From contig OZ024754.1 in assembly GCA_964016885.1 (NCBI GenBank), forward strand, positions 18,042,001 to 18,106,000: DNA of 64,000 bases, in the 5' to 3' direction. The position numbers and the translations under genes are program-made. Of the stretch, positions 58,220 to 64,000 are shown piece by piece (within the stretch, counting starts at the first letter, position 1; the number at the start of each line of letters is the position of its first letter). The stretch comes from Eledone cirrhosa. Taxonomy: Eukaryota. The notes beneath the pieces were generated by a model, which made no database searches, was not told where the DNA came from, and saw only the letters and a list, made by a program, of their open reading frames with translations.

Positions 58220-58730
58220 TAAAATAAGGACGAGTTGGAAGAAGTTTAGGGAGCTGCTTCCTCTGTTGACAAAGAAGGGTTTCTCCCTGCACATGAAAGG
58301 CCGCTTATATGATGCCTGTGTGAGATGCGCAATGCTGCATGGTAGTGAGACATGGGCAGCAACTGGAGAGAAATGAGGCAAGCATGCTCCAATCAATGTG
58401 TAATGTCAATGTGCGTGAATGACCAAGCATAAATGAGTTGAGAGAGAAACTGTGTATAAGAGGGATAAGTTGTGGTGTGCAGGAGAGAAGGCTGAGATGG
58501 TATGGACATGTGATGTGAATGGAGGATGACCGCTGGGTAAAGAAGTGCCAAGAAATCCCAGTAGAAGGAAGATCACGAAAAACACGGGCAGAGGTGGTGA
58601 GAGTGGACCTCAGATCGCTGAAGCTCACGGAGGAGATGACGAAGGACTGTGACAAGTGGAGAGATGCTGTGCTGAATAAGACCCGCCCCGTCCTTGCAAG
58701 CAGGGAAAAGCGGACGTAAAATGATGATGA
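58220..58730 (+). mobile_element. RTE LINE 3' fragment, degenerate
   Basis: WKKFRELLPLL...[10 protein letters not shown]...SREKRT; (ATG)n tail. Confidence 0.85.
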
Positions 58731-58929
58731 TATATATATATATATACCTATCTACCTACATATCTGTATATCTACCTACTTGTCTAATTATATCTACCAC
58801 CTACCTCACTCTTTCTCTCTTTCTATCTATCTGTCTGTCATTCTACAGTTATCTACATATGTATATCTACCAGACAAGAACAACAGTAACAACAAAGCCC
58901 AAATCCCAATAGCAGTCCAAAGATAGATA

Positions 58930-59765
58930 TATTTCTTTATTTGCCACAAGGGTGCACAAGAAAAGGAGACAGTACAAGGACATATGCCGGTGATTTTACA
59001 TACAATCGTGTAAAAAATATTTTCAACAAACAAATTTAACAATTGAAATCCCCAATAGGGGGGAGGCGTTACAAATGGGTTGTTTAATACCACGTAGATA
59101 GAACAACCCTCAATGTCAGGAGCGCGTTGTGCAAGTGCTCCTTTCTTCCTTTTGCTCTCTTCTTCAACCTACAGGTTTATATACAGAGAAGGCCCAATCA
59201 CTTGTATCTTGGAAGGATCCCTGCCGGGTTGTCCGTGCCTGTAGATCTTGTCTCGAACTGGTAGAGCTCCTTGGTAGCACTGCCAGGCCAGGGACCTCTC
59301 GAAGCTGTCCATAGGTCCCGGGCGGAAAGTCCTACCATACAGACTGGTGAGCTCATCGTCTTCGACGCCTAGAGTCTCTCCGAGCACGTCGTCGCACTTG
59401 TGACGTACTAACCCTCTATAGAATGTCGAAGTGGAGTCTCTACTGATTGCTGTGCCCGCTTGACAGAGGACTGTGAGCGCCTGAGCGTGTTCAATGTGCC
59501 AGGCGCCCATCTTCTTCAGGCTCCGCTTGACCCAGAACTGCACCTCCGTCAACAAGACAAGTTGCGGGAAGACCTGTTTCACATATGGTGCCCACACCAG
59601 TTGGTCGGTGAGGAATACCTGGAGATGCCGTAGCCTCAGCGCAAGTTTGCGCATCATCAGCCACGGCATTCCCAGCCTTCCATTGGAAGGGTGCTGACAG
59701 CAGACGGATCTCCTCACCAGTGGAACCTGCTTCTTCCAAAGAAACTGTAAGAGCATGCATTGCCT
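58930..59765 (-). mobile_element. Tx1/L1-like LINE 3' fragment
   Basis: STSTFYRGLV...FERSLAWQCYQGALPVRDKIYRHG resembles the post-RT zf-RVT region of L1/Tx1 ORF2; 3' UTR ending GCAAATAAAGAAA. Confidence 0.7.
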
Positions 59766-60166
59766 ATCTACAAAGCAAAACCTAGTCAGTAGGCACCTCT
59801 TAACCAAATATACACCCCAACCCACTACCCCTACTCCCTCCTCCCACTCACCAACACCACCCTTTCTTTGTAAAGTTATGTTGATACCACAACATCCAGT
59901 CCAAAATAAATGAAGTCATGTAGGTGTCATAAAAAAAAAAACACACAGTCCACGCTATAATGTGGCCGTGTAGGTAACACGGTAAAAAGCTCCCAGCCCA
60001 CACTGTAAATGTAATGTTAGGAAGGGCATCCAGCCGTAGAAAACTTGCCACCAGATAGTCCTATACGAGCGAGACACGGTCACCCGACCAATCTTGCCTC
60101 AAGTGGGACAATTCCTGTCTAACCCATGCTAACGTGAAAGATAGACGTTAAACAATGATGATGATG
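59762..60166 (+). mobile_element. RTE 3' UTR-only fragment
   Basis: Reverse-complement homolog of 35390-35795; ends in (ATG)n. Confidence 0.8.
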
Positions 60167-60764
60167 CTTTCACACATTTTCTGTCTACCCAATTTCACTC
60201 ACAAGACACTGTCTCTAAGTATACAGTAGAAGACTTGTGCCATGCAGTGGTTTGGATGAAGATATGTGGAGTTAGAGTACAGGGATATATTAACTATTTA
60301 GTGTTATACAATTCTTGTCTGTTTTTGACAGCAGTTTTAACAGTTTAATGTGAGTTAGGGATTTTAATAGGAAATATGGATTTACAGCTTTCTCATAGCT
60401 GAAATAATTAAACATATACCACCATGTTTAATATATTCATGTGTAAGTCATATCTTTCTCCACTGAAAATAAGATGGAGAAAAACCTTTTAATTGTATTT
60501 ATAATTGCCTACATGAATATATAAATAAAACTCATTTAATGTTTACATAATCCTAGTGATGCCACCATCATAATTTAGCACATGCATTCCCCGCTAGCAA
60601 AGATTGGACACATCACAAATTGTGTCAGTACTCATATAAAGCTGCTGACATGTTTCAGACAGTTGGATTTCAATATAAATGTTAACATGCTCATTGCAAT
60701 TTCCGACCCAAACTTCAAACCAAGTGTTCCATTACTGTCAATCACAGTCCCTAAGCCATTAATT

Positions 60765-61070
60765 ATACACTGAGTCCCTAAGTAAGCAATTAATTATGAC
60801 CAGTCTCTATGTAAGCCATTAATTATAACCACACTCCCCAAGGAAGCCATTATTTATAACTACACTCCCTAAGTAATCAATTAATTATAACCCCAGTCCC
60901 TAGGCAAGCCATTAATTATAACCACAGCCCTAAGCAAGCCATTAATTATAACCATTGCATCTAAGTAAGCCATTAATTATAACCACAACTCCCAAGCAAG
61001 CCATTAATTATAATCAGACACTAGATAGACCATTAATTATTACCATAGCTCCTAAGCCATTAATTACAAT
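60765..61070. repeat. ~31-bp degenerate minisatellite
   Basis: CCCTAAGCAAGCCATTAATTATAACCACA repeated about 10 times. Confidence 0.8.
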
Positions 61071-61367
61071 ACTTGATATGATGAGTGGTAATTATCATTT
61101 CCCATTCTGTACCACAATTGGATGGATTAGCATAATTTATATTCACCATTTCTGTCTTAATAACAGGACCAACCCTGTTTCCTGTTCTTATTAAACTATC
61201 CAATATTAATTGCATACCTTCTGTTTTCATCACCAGGTTGCTAACATCATCCAGATTCATTAGTATCCATTATTTCTCTTTCATATTCCACAAATTGTTT
61301 CCTGTAAAACTTTCTTCATCACAGAACCAATCACCAACACAATAAGTAAGGAAGTGTCTTCTTAAAT

Positions 61368-61587
61368 AACACAAGACATGGCCTTATTTGGTTTAATGAG
61401 AGTTCCATTCACCATGACTGGACACAAGACTTGACCTCATGTAGTTTAATGAGAGTTCCATTCACCATGACTGGACACAAGACCTGGCCTTATGTGGTTT
61501 AATGAGAGTTCCATCAACCATCACTGGACACAAGACTTGACCTCATGTAGTTTAAAGAGAGTTCCATCCACCATGACTGGACACAAG
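61368..61587. repeat. ~53-bp minisatellite, about 4 units
   Basis: ACACAAGAC..G.CCT.ATGT.GTTTAATGAGAGTTCCAT.CACCATGACTGG. Confidence 0.85.
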
Positions 61588-62168
61588 GTTCACTTCATAC
61601 ATATCTGATATTATGTTGGTAAATTCTTCAGGTATGTCATATCTTCTCATTTTCTTTGGTAATGTTTGTTGTGATATACTGGCAAAAGTCTTTTGGAAAT
61701 CACTAAAACAAAGGTTTAACGACATTCTTATTTACCTGTAATATACCTTATTGTTAAGATTTGGTAATTTACCATATTCTGTCTCCATTATGGAAACTAC
61801 TTGCTCCTTTCACTGTATCTTCTCAAAACTGGGTACAATTCTTCCAAAAGTTAGTCTTTAAGATATCTTCATGACAACTACAGTTCTCACACCTGGACAA
61901 GTCTCTCCTTTTTTTAGTTATTTTAATTGTAATGCCTTTCTTCCATCCTGTGGAATTATTCTTTCTATTCTCCAGTACAACAAAAGTCTTGCAAGCACCA
62001 TTGATGCCATGATTCCACCATATTTTACCATCTCATTTGCAATTCTATTTACATCTGGTGTTTAGAGGTTTTGAAACCTCAGCTAGTGTAATTCCCCACA
62101 TTTTCGCGTGCAGATCCCGATTGATTAGCAAAGGCAATATTTTCTCCATTTTGTCGATTTAGTTTGTT

Positions 62169-62316
62169 TAGGCATGGGCAACCTTTTTTCAGGCAGTGAG
62201 CCACTTAGGATATGTCTCATCATAAGGTGAGCCGCACTACTAAAAAAGTTTGTGGCAATTTTCAAATTAAGCGTGGCATTCAGAAAAGCAAACAGGTCGC
62301 AGTTTACCCATGACTA
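62169..62316. mobile_element. Short hAT-like MITE
   Basis: TAGGCATGGGCAAC ... GTTTACCCATGACTA imperfect TIRs; TSD not clear. Confidence 0.4.
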
Positions 62317-62910
62317 ATTTAATACTTCTTCAAATTCTTCCCTCATGTTCTTATCTTTAGTCAGCAGTTTCCCCTCTGTATTTCTAATTAGGGGCTCTTT
62401 GTTTTCCTTGACTCTGCTCACAATTTATCTTTCAATGATATAATCTGATATTCCTCCTTTCACAATGACATTCCTGTATTTCTTCTTATCATGATTACTG
62501 AGTCTACCTGCCTATTAACATGTTTATATGTATATCTACTTATAAAATAGGTGATCTTTGATAACAATTACGAATAATTACTTACAGTTTCACATTTGAG
62601 CTTTGATATTATCTTCCTCCTCCTCTTTATCATCTTCTAGGTTTCATTTGTAATCCATCTTTTAGATCTTTCTCCTCTTCTAAGATTTACCTTTGCTGTT
62701 GCTGCCTTTCTGTAGAATTTCTAGGATACCATTACACATCTTTCCTTCTTTTCTTTTTACCAATTAATGTCTGTAGAACAAATCTATTTCTACATTCACA
62801 CAAACTTTTCTCTAAACATTTTTTCTGTTTCTCATTATTATTTGCAATATGATCAGTTTGATCTTCAAGTTTCTCCTCTGGATATGTCCAAGTATATTTT
62901 GGTGCTCAAA

Positions 62911-62955
<45 letters not shown>

Positions 62956-63167
62956 CATACACATAATCACAGTTAAACATCTATTTTTTCAGGCTTGCAT
63001 GGGTTAGATGGATTGTCCACATTATGAGGCAAGTTTGACCAGTTGGGTGTGCCATACCTTGCTCAAACAGAACTGTATTTTGGGAGTGTTTTTTACAGCT
63101 GGATGCGCTTCCTGACATCAACACACCAACCACATTTACAGTGAAGTATACATACATATATATATAT

Positions 63168-63222
<55 letters not shown>

Positions 63223-64000
63223 CATATATATATAAATAGGTTATGAAAGATTAAAGTCACCACACAAACACAGAAGCTTCATAATCCTCATCTTAAAGAT
63301 TGTGTGTATGTGTGTGTGTGTTGACACATGCCATATATATCAGCAACCTATACCGTCACTACCCCAATGACACAAGGTCAGGCAGGATGGGAGAATGCTC
63401 TCTAATATGCAGAACTCGAGGTGCAAGCCACCTTTTAGTCTTAGTAAACAAAATGTAGAAAACACAACCCTGATGGATAATGAGGGAGGCACATTGAAAT
63501 AACCACACCAAACTCACGGGACACAGTCCTGTGGGTGATCAACTCTGGCTCAGTAGCAGTGACCAGGGAAGTGCCATATAACAACGAGCAGACATTTACA
63601 GCCATTCCTCCATTCTTTGTTTAGCTATAGATTTAGAAAAAACATCATTACAGATTTCATTCATACACACATGCATTACATATACATAACTACACACATA
63701 TACATATGCACACATCATTGTCATTTTAAGACCCACTTTCCTTCCTAACAAGGGATGATGGGTCTATTTAGACCAAGTCAATACTGAAGCAGGGTTACTG
63801 ATCTCCCAGACAAGCCAGGAATCAGAGCATATATATACATATAAAATATGTGACTTCAGTGTAGTACTTTGCTATTATCTTTTGTAAGGTGGGAGGAGGT
63901 CTATGCAAATTACAATCATTGGTTCATCATTTAATTTTGTAATATTTTTTTATACATACATTACATACAAATACACACACATACATATATACATACGTAA

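Larger units (their letters stand above)
60600..62900 (-). pseudogene. Old, highly degenerate RTE-like LINE ORF interrupted by minisatellites and a MITE
   Basis: Minus-strand remnants: IANEMVKYGG, LCFSDFQKTFASIS..LPKKMRRYDIPEEF, LDDVSNL...MQLILDSL, LGTVIDSNG. Confidence 0.65.

Noticed and set aside
52741-64000. Upstream constitutive PMCA actuator-domain exon (GVNSQ.GII motif)
   Set aside because: Not found by eye; presumably lies beyond the window end, though a missed exon cannot be excluded.

Overview
Eukaryotic, AT-rich, microsatellite-dense DNA whose repeat content (tRNA-derived SINEs, RTE LINEs with (ATG)n tails, very long (TA)n tracts) most resembles an Octopus/coleoid cephalopod genome (inferred, not searched). 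The only host gene I can support is the middle of a plasma-membrane Ca2+-ATPase (PMCA/ATP2B) on the minus strand. It has six phase-compatible GT-AG exons (15006-15233, 13508-13722, 4347-4482, 3504-3610, 1224-1462, 918-1060) encoding the end of the first cytosolic loop, TM3-TM4 (PEGL), the DKTGT phosphorylation site and the N domain (KGASE). No constitutive upstream exon was found between 15234 and 64000, so this appears to be a >48 kb intronic region at the classical PMCA splice site A. Inside it, a ~3 kb island free of recognisable transposons (50.8-53.7 kb) holds a candidate 30-nt phase-1 microexon, a candidate stop-containing exon and a candidate recursive AG|GT splice site. The introns contain RTE LINE fragments (RT with an internal PHD-like finger), Penelope-like GIY-YIG elements with inverted terminal copies, a Tx1/L1-like family apparently targeting (TATC)n, SINEs, MITEs and minisatellites. 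The most striking hidden signal is about a dozen hammerhead ribozyme motifs, several with covarying stems between paralogous copies. All structures and alignments were done by eye; repeat boundaries are approximate.
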